Source: an uncultured delta proteobacterium (GTDB lineage Bacteria; Desulfobacterota; Binatia; UBA9968). Taken from it: DNA of 64,000 nucleotides. The position numbers were made by a program, and so were the translations under genes. The DNA lies in contig CAVXEP010000002.1 of NCBI GenBank assembly GCA_963760795.1, positions 149,331 to 213,330 on the forward strand. Reading direction: 5' to 3'. This document shows positions 27,283-38,556 of this stretch, piece after piece; the first letter of the stretch is position 1; each line of letters opens with the position of its first letter. Under the pieces are notes generated by a model. That model saw nothing but the letters and a program-made list of their open reading frames with translations. It had not been told where the DNA came from and searched no databases.

Positions 27283-29628
27283 GTGAATAGAAGTTTTCTT
27301 CGTCTTAGCGGCACCTGCTTTTCGTCGTTTATCTCGCTACTGCTCATGGTTTTTATTGCCGCCAATGGTGCGTCGGGGGCATCCGCGCTGACGGCACACT
27401 TTGTCGGCGTGGGCGCGGACGCAGTCAGCGAAACAGCGCTATCCCCGGATGGACGGGGCGACTTTAACATCAAGGTCGCCGGCTTGCGCTCGGTTCCCAC
27501 TGAGATTCAAATACTCTCCGAAACCGGCGGCATTTGGTACGTTCCCTTCAATGGCAACAACTGGGTCATCGCATTGGCGAACTATACCAACGGAACGGGA
27601 GATCTCTATTTCTCTCAGTATCCTAGCGAGAGTTTTACACTCCAGGTGGCCTACGCGGACGGAACGACGGATCAAACTACGGTGCTGAATCCGTCGACGC
27701 AACCATCATCACTGACGGCGAGTTTCCTAGGTGTGGGCTCCGACTTCGTCAGCGAAACCGCTTTGGCGCCAGATGGCCGGCCTGATTTTAGTATCAAACT
27801 CACCGGACTACGCTCGGCGCCAACGCAAATACAAATACTTTCTGATACGGGCGGCCTCTGGAAGGTTCCCTTCAATGGCAACAATTGGGTGATCGCCTTG
27901 CCAAACTTCAACACCGGAACAGGCAATCTCTATTTTTCGCAGTACGGCAGCAATTCATTCCGGGTCCAAGTGACATACGCCGACGGCACCACGGACCAAG
28001 CGGACTCCACGACTCCAACCGGCAACGCACAGGGAGATGTCCAACGCCTGCTTGAGCAGGCGACCTTCGGAGCCACCACCGGGCAGACGGCCAGCGTGCA
28101 AGGGAGCGGAATCGAGGCATACCTAAATCAACAGCTGAACACACCCATGCAAGATTACCCGGACCTGGAGTTTTGGCCGCAAACCCGGCCGGCCACCTGC
28201 ATTGATACTTGTCAACGTGACAACTACACCTATTATCAAGTGCAAAGGCACTTCTTCGCCAACGCTCTTAGCGGCCAGGATCAACTACGCCAGCGCGTCG
28301 CATTCGGCCTCAGTCAGATCCTGGTAACATCCCAAGTTGACGTGCCCAGGTCGGCCTGGATGAGAAGCTACCAGCAGCTCCTCTATCGCAACGCCTTCGG
28401 TAACTTTCGCCAACTCCTCTACGATATGACTTTGCATCCGACCATGGGACGGTTCCTAGACATGCTCAATAGTCGCTGCCAGCGGCTCGCGACCAACAAC
28501 GATCCTAACGTTTGTCGCAATGGCTTAGTTTCGCAGCCCAACGAAAACTTTGGGCGTGAAATACTTCAATTGTTTTCCATCGGGACGTTTCTTTTGAATC
28601 AAGATGGAACTCGTAAACTCGATGGTGCTGGCAACCCCATCCCATCATACGATCAAAAGACGATCGAAGAGTTTGCCCGAGTCTTTACCGGCTGGGTTCT
28701 AGCCCCGGCTCTTCCCGGGCCCGTGGACTCCGGGGCCGCCACCGTGCCGAATTACCGCGATCCGATGGTTCAGCATAAAGACTCGCAAAATCGCGAGGAC
28801 TATCACGACCGTGGGCAGAAAACGTTATTGAACGGCCAAATTCTCCCGGCTGGTCAAACTGCCAGCCAGGATCTTAACGCGGCGATCGACAACATCGCAT
28901 TTCATCCCAACGTGGCGCCGTTTATCAGCAAGCAATTGATCCAGCAGCTGGTCACTAGCAATCCCAGTCTGGACTATGTCGGCAGAGTTGCCGCCGTGTT
29001 TACAGGCGCGCGCGATTCGCAGACACAGCTCTTTGAAGTCGTCAAAGCGATCCTGCTCGATCCAGAAGCGCGCGGCGATTTCAAAGATCCTACGAGCCAG
29101 CCCAATTACGGCAAGCTGCGCGAACCGGTGTTGTTCATCACGAACATCCTCCGTGCCTTCAATGCGACGAGCGACGGGATATTAAACAGTCCTGGGGGCG
29201 GAATCGGCACCGCAGATATGGGCGAGGACATATTCAATGCACCGTCGGTGTTTAATTATTTTCCACCGACCGCGCGAGTTCCGGGTGAAAATGCGGTGGG
29301 ACCTGAGTTCGCAATCTTCTCGTCGCTATCTTCATTGCGCCGCGCCAACTTCGCGAACCAGGTGATTTTCAGCACGATTGCTCCGGCGCCGCCGAACCGG
29401 CCGCTGGGTACGTCCATCGACTTATCACCGTTCGACCCGCTCGCAGCCAATCCGGATCAACTGCTCGACACACTTGATAATCTGTTACTGCATGGCTCCA
29501 TGTCTGCCGAGATGCGCCAGATTATAAAAACCGCCGTATCGGCCATTGCCGTCACCAACCCGCGGCTACGCGCGCGCACCGCGGTCTACTTGATTGCGAC
29601 GTCCTCGCAATATCAGGTGCAACGTTAA
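27283..29628 (+). CDS. DUF1800 family protein with signal peptide and two N-terminal ~100-aa tandem repeats
   Basis: GGAGG RBS; RLLEQATFG, DQLRQRVAFGLSQILV, PTMGRFLDM, PNENFGREILQLFSIG, PFISKQLIQQLVTSNPS, GKLREP, APSVFNYF. Confidence 0.9.
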   Translation: MNRSFLRLSGTCFSSFISLLLMVFIAANGASGASALTAHFVGVGADAVSETALSPDGRGDFNIKVAGLRSVPTEIQILSETGGIWYVPFNGNNWVIALANYTNGTGDLYFSQYPSESFTLQVAYADGTTDQTTVLNPSTQPSSLTASFLGVGSDFVSETALAPDGRPDFSIKLTGLRSAPTQIQILSDTGGLWKVPFNGNNWVIALPNFNTGTGNLYFSQYGSNSFRVQVTYADGTTDQADSTTPTGNAQGDVQRLLEQATFGATTGQTASVQGSGIEAYLNQQLNTPMQDYPDLEFWPQTRPATCIDTCQRDNYTYYQVQRHFFANALSGQDQLRQRVAFGLSQILVTSQVDVPRSAWMRSYQQLLYRNAFGNFRQLLYDMTLHPTMGRFLDMLNSRCQRLATNNDPNVCRNGLVSQPNENFGREILQLFSIGTFLLNQDGTRKLDGAGNPIPSYDQKTIEEFARVFTGWVLAPALPGPVDSGAATVPNYRDPMVQHKDSQNREDYHDRGQKTLLNGQILPAGQTASQDLNAAIDNIAFHPNVAPFISKQLIQQLVTSNPSLDYVGRVAAVFTGARDSQTQLFEVVKAILLDPEARGDFKDPTSQPNYGKLREPVLFITNILRAFNATSDGILNSPGGGIGTADMGEDIFNAPSVFNYFPPTARVPGENAVGPEFAIFSSLSSLRRANFANQVIFSTIAPAPPNRPLGTSIDLSPFDPLAANPDQLLDTLDNLLLHGSMSAEMRQIIKTAVSAIAVTNPRLRARTAVYLIATSSQYQVQR

Positions 29629-29644
29629 TAAGGAGGATCTCGCG

Positions 29645-31066
29645 ATGGCACTCACAAGAAGAGAATTTCTCTGTCGGCTCGGCAGTTTCGGTGCAGCGGC
29701 GTTGGCAATGGAGCGCTTCGGCATCATGGATGCGTTGGCGCAGTCGACCGATTACCGAGCGCTGGTGTGCATATTTCTATTCGGCGGCAATGATGCCAAC
29801 AACATGGTGATTCCTTACAGCGATTACATTAGCTATTCGAATGCGCGACAAGCTTCCGGCATCGCCATACCGCAAGCCAATCTTTTGCAAATCTCACCCC
29901 CTAGTCTTCCCGGTAGCGTCTTCGGCTTGCATCCGAGCATGAGCGGCCTCCAAGAACTTTGGGGATTAGGTAAACTCGGTGTGGCTTGCAACGTCGGCCC
30001 GCTGGTCGAACCCACAACCCGCACGACCTATCGCAATGGCTCCGTTCGCGTGCCCTCAAATCTTTTTTCGCACTCCGATCAGCAGAATCAATGGCAGACT
30101 TCAGTTTCCAACGGCCAGAGTTCCGCTGGTTGGGGCGGGCGTATCGCGGACAAAACGGGCGATTTGAACCTCACCATCTTTCCGCCCATAACTTCAACCG
30201 CGGGCACGCCCATTTTCACCAGCGGAATCATCGAACGTCCGCTCGCTATCGCAGCGGCGCCGACGGCGCTGAATGCCGCGCTCCAGTTGAACGGCTTCCC
30301 CGCAAACCAATCAGCTCGGGACAGCGACCCTCGGTATTTGGCGCTGCAGAATCTGCTACTCAATGACCAAAGCTATACGCTGATTCGTGGCGCCAGCAGT
30401 GTGACCAGTACCGCGATCTCGATTGAAAAAGCTCTGCGCGCAGCCGGTAACCCGACCATTGCGCCGTTTCCACTCAATCCCAGAACTAGCCTTGGCAATC
30501 AGCTGGAACAGATCGCCAAAGTAATCAGCATTCGCAGTGACCTCGGCATGACCCGGCAGATCTTTTTCTGCTCTCTGGGCGGCTTCGATACCCATACCGG
30601 ACAAGTTATCGGAGGCGATCCGGCAAGCGGAACGCAGGCGAACCTATTGGCGCAGCTGAGCGGTGCGATGCGAGCGTTCTACGACGCGACTGTAACCCTG
30701 GGCGTGGCCTCGCAGGTGACCGCTTTCACGCTCTCCGATTTCTCGCGCACATGGATTCCGAACGGAACCCTGGGAACGGATCACGCCTGGGCGGCGCACC
30801 ATTTTATTATGGGCGGCGCCGTGCGCGGCGGTGATTTTTATGGTCTGCCGACTTCCAACGGCACCGTTTTCCCAACCTTAGGAGTGGACACGGGAGACGA
30901 TACCGACAGCGGCACCAATGCCCGCGGCCGGTTTGTTCCCTCGGTAGCCGTTGATCAGTTCGGCGCAACCCTGGCTAGCTGGTTCGGCATAAGTAATTCC
31001 GATCTTTCAGGAGTATTCCCCAACATCAACAATTTCAGCACCAAAAACTTAGGCTTCATGATGTAA
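29645..31066 (+). CDS. DUF1501 family protein, Tat signal
   Basis: MALTRREFL; DYRALVCIFLFGGNDANN, GLHP, LFSHSDQQ, GWGGR, GGFDTH, SDFSRT, GTDHAW. Confidence 0.9.
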   Translation: MALTRREFLCRLGSFGAAALAMERFGIMDALAQSTDYRALVCIFLFGGNDANNMVIPYSDYISYSNARQASGIAIPQANLLQISPPSLPGSVFGLHPSMSGLQELWGLGKLGVACNVGPLVEPTTRTTYRNGSVRVPSNLFSHSDQQNQWQTSVSNGQSSAGWGGRIADKTGDLNLTIFPPITSTAGTPIFTSGIIERPLAIAAAPTALNAALQLNGFPANQSARDSDPRYLALQNLLLNDQSYTLIRGASSVTSTAISIEKALRAAGNPTIAPFPLNPRTSLGNQLEQIAKVISIRSDLGMTRQIFFCSLGGFDTHTGQVIGGDPASGTQANLLAQLSGAMRAFYDATVTLGVASQVTAFTLSDFSRTWIPNGTLGTDHAWAAHHFIMGGAVRGGDFYGLPTSNGTVFPTLGVDTGDDTDSGTNARGRFVPSVAVDQFGATLASWFGISNSDLSGVFPNINNFSTKNLGFMM

Positions 31067-31107
31067 CCACCAGACCAGCGCGCTGGCAGCGCCGAGGCCA
31101 CCATCAT

Positions 31108-31380
31108 AGGCATCGTCAGCGCTGGCACCGGCGCCGGCCGGCCGACCCCGCGGAAGATGCCGCCTTCGACAAGTGTTTCAAAGAAACCGGCATGCTCATG
31201 TGCCTGTGCAGCCGCGTCGCCGCCGGCCCGCGTCGTGCGCAGCCCAGGACTACAACGCCGCGGTTTCGTCGCCGGCGACAACTTGCAGCCGTGGAAAGCG
31301 CGCTTGCTGCTCGCTCTGGAGTTGACCAAGACCACCAACCCCGACGAAATTCAACGGATGCTAGATACTTACTGATTCTA
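31108..31380 (+). repeat. Direct repeat copy 2 (orphan asparaginase 3' fragment)
   Basis: Near-identical to 26353-26625; has no 5' part of the gene. Confidence 0.95.
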
Positions 31381-31922
31381 GCCTTAAACGGAATATCACT
31401 TATCATGTAAATTGAACTACAGTTTCGCCTACAGGGCAGTACTATGGTTCAGATTTTTCCGGGAACGACTATTCTTTCCAGAATCGCAGTTGTTTTGATT
31501 TAACTTTCAAATCCACGCGGCCGCGGACCACAGGGTCGAGACGCCCACCGGCTGCGTGATCATCGACCACTAGCGTCGTCGCATCCAACTCGAAGCGGGT
31601 TATTCCAATTCTCTTTCAGTTCAATCCCGTGGCACCTCTCCCCCACACTCTTGAGCAAATCTTCACGCTAGATTAATTTGTTCGTTATATTTGCCCGCTC
31701 GCTTTTCATAAATCCGAGGTGTGCCAAATCATCTGCGCTGCTTTTCATGGCCTTTTTCTTCCCGGAATTGACTTTAAGTTCCTTCAATTCAGAGAACATA
31801 AAATTCTATAGCCATTTAGCATGCTGTGGAACACAATATCGATTTTGCTAGAGGTTTAATTAGGATAGCGCCCCACGATAGGGAATGAATAAACTTTTCG
31901 CCAGCGAGTCTAGGAGAAACGC

Positions 31923-33852
31923 ATGAAACTACCGTCGGAGCAGCAGGCGATACGGGACAAGTGTTTCCATCCATCGGGGATGTTCGTGGAGTTTCCCAAT
32001 GACGCAATCGAGCACTCGATTCCCGGGCTGTTTGAGAAAATCGTGCGAATGAATCCGGATCGAGTCGCGGTCAAGACAAAAAATCTTTTGCTGACTTATG
32101 CCGAGCTGAATCGAGCCGCCAATCAGTTAGCGTGCGCGATCGTGGCGCAATGCGGTGAAGAGAAAGAACCGGTCGCTGTATGCTTGGCGCATGGCACCGA
32201 TGTCATAAAAGCGGTCCTCGCTCTCTGGAAGGCCGGAAAGATCTTCGTGCCGCTCGACCCGTGCGCTGCCACACTCCAGAAACAAAGCAATCCTCGATGC
32301 TACACAAGCGCGCCTCGTCGTGAGCGACGCGCGCCATCGGGATTACCTCGGACAAATTCAAACGGACCTTCGCGTGATCAATATCGATGAGCCCGCTGGC
32401 ACTGCGTCTGCCGAAAACATCGGTGCTTCGATCGCCCCGGACGACTTGGCCTATATCCTGTTCACTTCAGGTTCCACCGGCCAGCCTAAAGGAGTTTTGC
32501 AGAATCATCGCAATGTCCTCAATCAAATAAAAAGAGAGACCAATGGCCTGCACATTTGCGCGGACGATCGACTGATTCTTGTGCGTTCCTGCAGCGCCAT
32601 CGGGGGAATCCGAATCGTCTTGAGCGCATTGCTAAACGGCGCGGCTGTCTATCCACTCGATGTCGCGCAAGTCGGTCATGCCGAGCTCGCCGAGGTGCTG
32701 GCGCGGGAAGAGATCACCATCTATGACTCCACGCCGACGACTTTTCGCCATTTTATCCCGGCCCTCGCCAAAGAGCAGCGGTTTCCCCATTTGCGCCTGA
32801 TCAGATTGTCGAGCGAACCGGTGCACAAACAAGACGTCGATCTGTATAAGAAATATTTTTCCCGAGAGTGCATCTTCGCCAACAGCTTGGGGCTTACGGA
32901 AACAGCGGGTACTATCCGGCACAACCTGATCGACCACGACACGAAAGTCACGAGCGACACCGTTCCGGTCGGCTATGCCGTCGAGGAAATGGAGGTCGTG
33001 TTGCTCGACGACGACGGTCATGAGGTCGGCGCCGATGAGATCGGTGAAATCGCCGTCCGGAGCCGTTATCTCTCGCCGGGTTACTGGGGCAACCCCGAAC
33101 TTACGCAAGCGAAATTTATCGTTGACCCGGACGGGGGCGATAGGCGCCTTTACCTCACTGGAGACTTGGGCCAGATGCTCGCCGACGGCAGTCTTGTGCA
33201 CCTTGGACGCAAAGATTTCCAGGTCAAAGTCCGCGGCTACAAGATCGACGTCGCCGAGATCGAGCGGGCGCTTCTCGCTCTTGAGTCCATTGAAGCGGTC
33301 GTTGTCGTTGCACGCGCGGACCGGGACGATAATCTGTCGTTGATCGCTTATCTGGTTTCTGCCACAACGCCCGCCCCTACGAACAGCGCCTTGCGCCGCG
33401 CACTTTCAGATAAACTGCCTGAATATATGATCCCCTCGTCTTTTGTCCTGCTAGAGGCGCTGCCGACGACGCCGACCGGAAAGGTCGACCGCGGCAGGCT
33501 CCCTTTGACCGACCGCACCCGCCCCGCGCTCGACGCGGTCTTTGTGCGGCCTCGCTCGGAGCGCGAAAGATCGCTTACAAGGATTTGGCAGGATGTGCTT
33601 CATATCGACAAGATAGGCATTGATGATAACTTTTTCGATCTCGGCGGCAACTCTCTTCGATTGGCCGAGGTCAATCTTAAGATGCGCACTGTTTTCAAAA
33701 CGGATATACCCCTGGTGGAGATGTTCGCGCTTCCTACTGTAAGAACTCTCGCTGAATATTTCACCCGCCCGGGAGATAAACTAGCCAAACTTGATAAAAG
33801 CCATGATCGCGCCAAGATCCGCAGAGCGTTAAAAGAGCGGCGCAAGCGATAG
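31923..33852 (+). CDS. Stand-alone adenylation-carrier (A-T) didomain, NRPS-like loading protein (frameshift near 32270-32290)
   Basis: LTYAELN, YILFTSGSTGQPKGV, LGLTET, GEIAVRS..LSPGYW, YLTGDLG, GRKDFQVKVRG, TGKVDR; carrier motif NFFDLGGNSL. Confidence 0.9.
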
Positions 33853-33869
33853 AGAGGCCGGGAGCGAAG

Positions 33870-36800
33870 ATGACTAGATCCGATAGTGTTGATCCGCTCG
33901 ATGGTGTCGCCATCATCGGCATGGCGTGCCGCTTTCCCGGGGCCAAGGATGCCACTGAGTTTTGGCGGAACCTGCGCGACGGCGTGGAATCGATCTCTTT
34001 TTTCTCCGATCAAGAGCTCGCCGCGGAAGGCATATCTCCCGCTGTCCTTGCCGAACCTGGCTATGTCAAGGCCGGCGCCGTGCTCGACGGTGTCAAATTA
34101 TTCGACGCCGGCTTCTTTGGCTATTCCCCCCGAGAAGCGGAATTAATCGATCCTCAGCAACGCCTCTTTTTGGAATGCGCCTGGACCGCTCTCGAAGCCG
34201 CCGGTTACAGCCCTGAGACTTATAGCGGTCAGATCGGGATTTATGCCGGCAGTCGAGTGAACGAGTATCTATTGAAAAATCTTTACCCCGATGGCGAACG
34301 CTTCGGCTTAAGAAACAGGGCAAAGCCGTTAGCGCTTGGGGACGATGACTACTTGGCAAGTCGCGTTTCGTACAAACTCAATCTGTGGGGGCCATCGCTT
34401 AAGATCCAAGCCGCCTGTTCTACATCGTTGGTGGCAATTCATCTTGCTTGTCAAGCTTTGCTGAACGGCGAATGCGATATGGCTATGGCTGGTGGGGTCG
34501 CCCTGCGAGTTCCGGAAAAAACCGGATACTTTTTCGAGGAAGGTGGCGTCGTTTCGCCCGATGGACATTGCCGAAGCTTTGACGCGAGTGCAAACGGCAC
34601 TGTCTTCGGTAGCGGCGTCGGCATCGTGGTCCTGAAGCGTTTAGCCGACGCCGTAAAGGACCGGGATAACATCGATGCGCTCATCAAGGGATCGGCCATC
34701 AACAACGACGGGGCATTGAAGATCGGCTTCACGGCGCCCAGTGCCGAGGGCCAGGCGCAGGTGATTGCCGAAGCGCTCGACATCGCTGGAGTGGATCCTG
34801 AGACGGTGAGCATACATCGAAGCCCATGGCACGGCGACGTCGCTCGGAGATCCGATCGAGATTGCCGCTCTAACTCAAGCTTTTCGCGCCGGGACGCGAA
34901 AAAAAATCTATTGCGCCATCGGCTCGGTAAAATCCAATATCGGCCACGCGAGCGCGGCGGCGGGCGTTGCCGGCATCATCAAGACTACACTGGCGCTCAA
35001 ACATAAGTTGCTGCCGCCGAGTCTGCATTTTGAACAGGCCAATCCCAAGATCGATTTCGCAAACAGCCCCTTCTATGTCAATACCAAGCTTTCGGAATGG
35101 ACGAGCGCGGCCACGCCGCGCCGCGCCGGGGTCAGCTCCTTTGGCGTCGGCGGCACAAACGCCCATGCGATTTTGGAGGAGGCTCCCGCCGTTGAAGCTT
35201 CCGGACCGTCCCGGCCTTGGCAGCTGATATTGCTCTCCGCCAAGAGCGGCACCGCTCTGGAAGCCGCAACGACAAATCTTGCGGACCATTTAAAGCAACA
35301 TGCCGACATTAACCTCGGCGATGTCGCTTTTACTCTTCAAGTCGGACGCAAACCGTTCAACCATCGGCGCGCCCTCGTCTGCCGAGATCTTGCTGATGTC
35401 GTGCAAACCATCGAGAGCAGAGACCCCAAGAGGATTTCGACCGGGGCGAGCGATATGAGCGACGGCAGCGCGGCATTCATGTTTCCCGGCCAGGGCTCCC
35501 AGTATGTCAACATGGGCCGCGATCTCTACCGGACCGAGTCGATGTTTCGCGCGCAGGTTGACAGGTGTGCCGAGATCCTTTTACCGAAGCTGGGACTCGA
35601 TCTGCGCCAAACTCTTTACCCGAGCGAGGCTCAAGCAGAAGAGGCATCGAAGCGGCTCAATCGAACGCTCCTAGCGCAGCCGGCGCTGTTTACGATCGAA
35701 TACGCCCTGGCCAAGCTGCTGATCGGCTGGGGAATAGAGCCCAAAGCGATGATCGGTCACAGTGTCGGCGAATACGTGGCGGCATGTCTGGCGGGAGTTT
35801 TTACCTTAGAAGACGGTCTCGGCTTGATCGCCGCCCGCGGCCGGTTGATGGACGGACTGCCGGGCGGTGCCATGATTGCGGTCCCGCTGCCTTTGGCAGA
35901 GGTAAAGCCGTTCTTGAGCGATACGATTGAACTCGCCGCTCATAACGGCCCCGCGCTCTGCGTCCTAGCCGGACCGGAGGAAACTTTACGAGTGCTCGAA
36001 CGACGAATGAAAGAAATGAATATCGACTGCCGCCGCCTGCATACCTCGCACGCATTTCATTCGCAGATGATGGAGCCGGTTCTGCAAGCGTTTACGGACG
36101 AAGTCCATAAGATCGATCTCAAGCCGCCGACGATACCGTATCTTTCCAATGTTTCTGGAAACTGGATCACGGAGGCTGAAGCCACCGACGCAAATTATTG
36201 GGCGAAACAGCTGCGCCAAACGGTGCGGTTTTCTGAGGGCTTGGCAAAACTCTTGGAGAGTTTCGGCGGCGCTCTCCTGGAAATTGGCCCGGGCCAGACG
36301 CTGAGTGCCTCAGCCATGCAACATAAGCGGACGGATCAAACCATTCTCCGTACCATGCGCCGTGCGCAGGAGCACGATGCCGACTTGGCGGTTCTTTTAA
36401 CTACGCTCGGCCGCCTTTGGCTTGCGGGCATCCAGATCGATTGGGTGGCCTTCTATGCCACCGAGCGGCGGCGTCGGCGGCCGCTCCCAACATATCCGTT
36501 CGAGCGCCAGCGTTACTGGGTCGAAGCACCGCTGGGATCTGGCGCCGTCCAGGCGCGAGCGGTGGCGCGAGAGAAAAAATTGGATATTGCCGACTGGTTC
36601 TATGTTCCTTCGTGGAAAAGATCTGTTTCGCCTCAGATGCTCCAAGGGGAAAGCCTTGCGCGGCATCAGCGCTCTTGGCTGGTGTTTGTCGATGCCTGCG
36701 GCCTGGGCGCGCGTCTAGCCGAACGTTTGGAAGCATCCGGACAAGATGTTATCCGCGTCGAACCCGGGGTAACCTTTGGCCGGATCGATCAAAACCGGTA

Positions 36801-38556
36801 TGCAATCAATCCGCGCAGTCAGAGCGACTACTTCGATTTGCTTAAATCGCTGGGTAAGGAAAGAAATGTTCCAGACCGAATCGTTCATCTATGGAGTGTT
36901 ACGCGCAACGATACGGCGGTCACCATGGAAGCCTTCGATGCCGCGCAGCCTTTGGGATTCTATAGTCTGCTTCACCTGGCTCAGGCGCTGGAGAAGCATG
37001 GTGTAGTCGCGCCGCTGCGGATCGAGTTCATCTCGAATCATCTCCAGGAAATTGGCGAGGGTGATCGCTTGCGTCCCGAGAAGGCGACCGCACTGGGGCC
37101 GTGTAAAGTCATCCCGCAGGAATACACCCATATTAGCTGCCGCAGTATCGATGTCGTACTCCCGGGCGTAACGGAGCATGGCGAGGACGCGCTGGTGGAG
37201 CAGCTTTTGAAAGAGTTCGCCTCCCAGCCGGTGGATCGGGCGATCGCATACCGCGGCAAGCATCGGTGGGTGCAAGTCTTTGAGCCAGTGCGGCTCACCG
37301 TGTCAGACGAAAGCCCACGTCTTAGAACCGGCGGCGTATATTTGATCACGGGTGGGTTGGGACATATTGGTCTGTTATTGGCGAAGTATCTGGCAGTCAC
37401 CGTCAAGGCCAAGCTTGTTCTCACGGGTCGCTCGGTTCCGCCGGAACGAGAACAATGGGACGAATACTTGCGCGACCACGATGATTGACGATCCGGTGGT
37501 CCAACGGATCCGCCAGGTCAAAGCGATAGAAAATGTTGGGCGCTGAGGTGTTGATGGCTGGCGCGGATGTTAGCTCGCTGGAGCAGATGCAAGCCGTGAT
37601 CAAGCAAGCGACGCTGCGATTCGGACCTCTCCACGGCGTTATTCACGCAGCCGGGATTCTTGGCGAAAAATTGATGATGCCGGTACAGGAAACGAGCCCT
37701 GATGGGTGCAGGGCTCAGTTCGGCGCGAAAGTACAAGGGCTTTTGGTTCTCGATCAGCTTCTGTGCGGCAAAGAGCTGGATTTTTCCATCGTGACATCTT
37801 CCATGTCGTCTGTGTTAGGCGGTCTTGGCTTTAGCGCCTACGCGGCGGCAAATCTCTTTATGGACGCCTTCGCGCACCACCGCGCCCAAACGGGTGGTTT
37901 GCCCTGGACCAGTATAAATTTTGGCCGCTGGGAATTCGCTGTAGAAACCGAGGGACGGACAAATTCTGCCGCAGCCGCTGCGAGTGTGGCCGATGACAGC
38001 CGAGGAGGGCGTGGAGGCGTTCAGGCGTATTCTCTCCGTCGACCCGGCAACACAAATCATCGTTTCGACTAGGGACCTGACAGCCAGGATCGACGAGTGG
38101 AAAAGCCCGGAAATTTCGCGAGGTGCCGATCAGTCGTCACCCGCAGAGTCGGCAATCCGCGGGGCGATTCCGACCGGTTACTCAAGACCCAACCTGGCAA
38201 ACGCCTATGTGGCTCCCGCAAGCGATTTGCAGCGAACGATCGCGGGCATCTGGCAAGAACAACTGGGTATTGGGCAGATTGGCCTACATGACAACTTCTT
38301 CGAGCTGGGTGGACATTCGTTACTTGCCACGCAAATCATATCTCGAATACGCAATGCTTTTTCCATCGAGGTGCCGCTACGCCGCGTCTTTGAGTCGCAA
38401 ACGGTTGCAGAAATGGCCGCCATTATTTCAGAAATCCAAGTGAAGCGGACCAGCGAAGCCGAGCTAACTCAGATAATGCGCGAGGTTGAAGCGATGACGG
38501 AGGAAGAAGTCCAACAAGGTACGGCCAAGCTTAATTCGACAATCGCCAAAAAGTAA
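33870..38556 (+). CDS. Type I PKS single module KS-AT-KR-ACP (about four frameshifts: ~34812, ~37485, ~37530, ~37985)
   Basis: KS DPQQR, AACSTS, EAHGT, KSNIGH; AT FPGQGSQ, GHSVG, HAFH; KR GGLGHIG, HAAG, SAYAAAN; ACP NFFELGGHSL. Confidence 0.92.
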
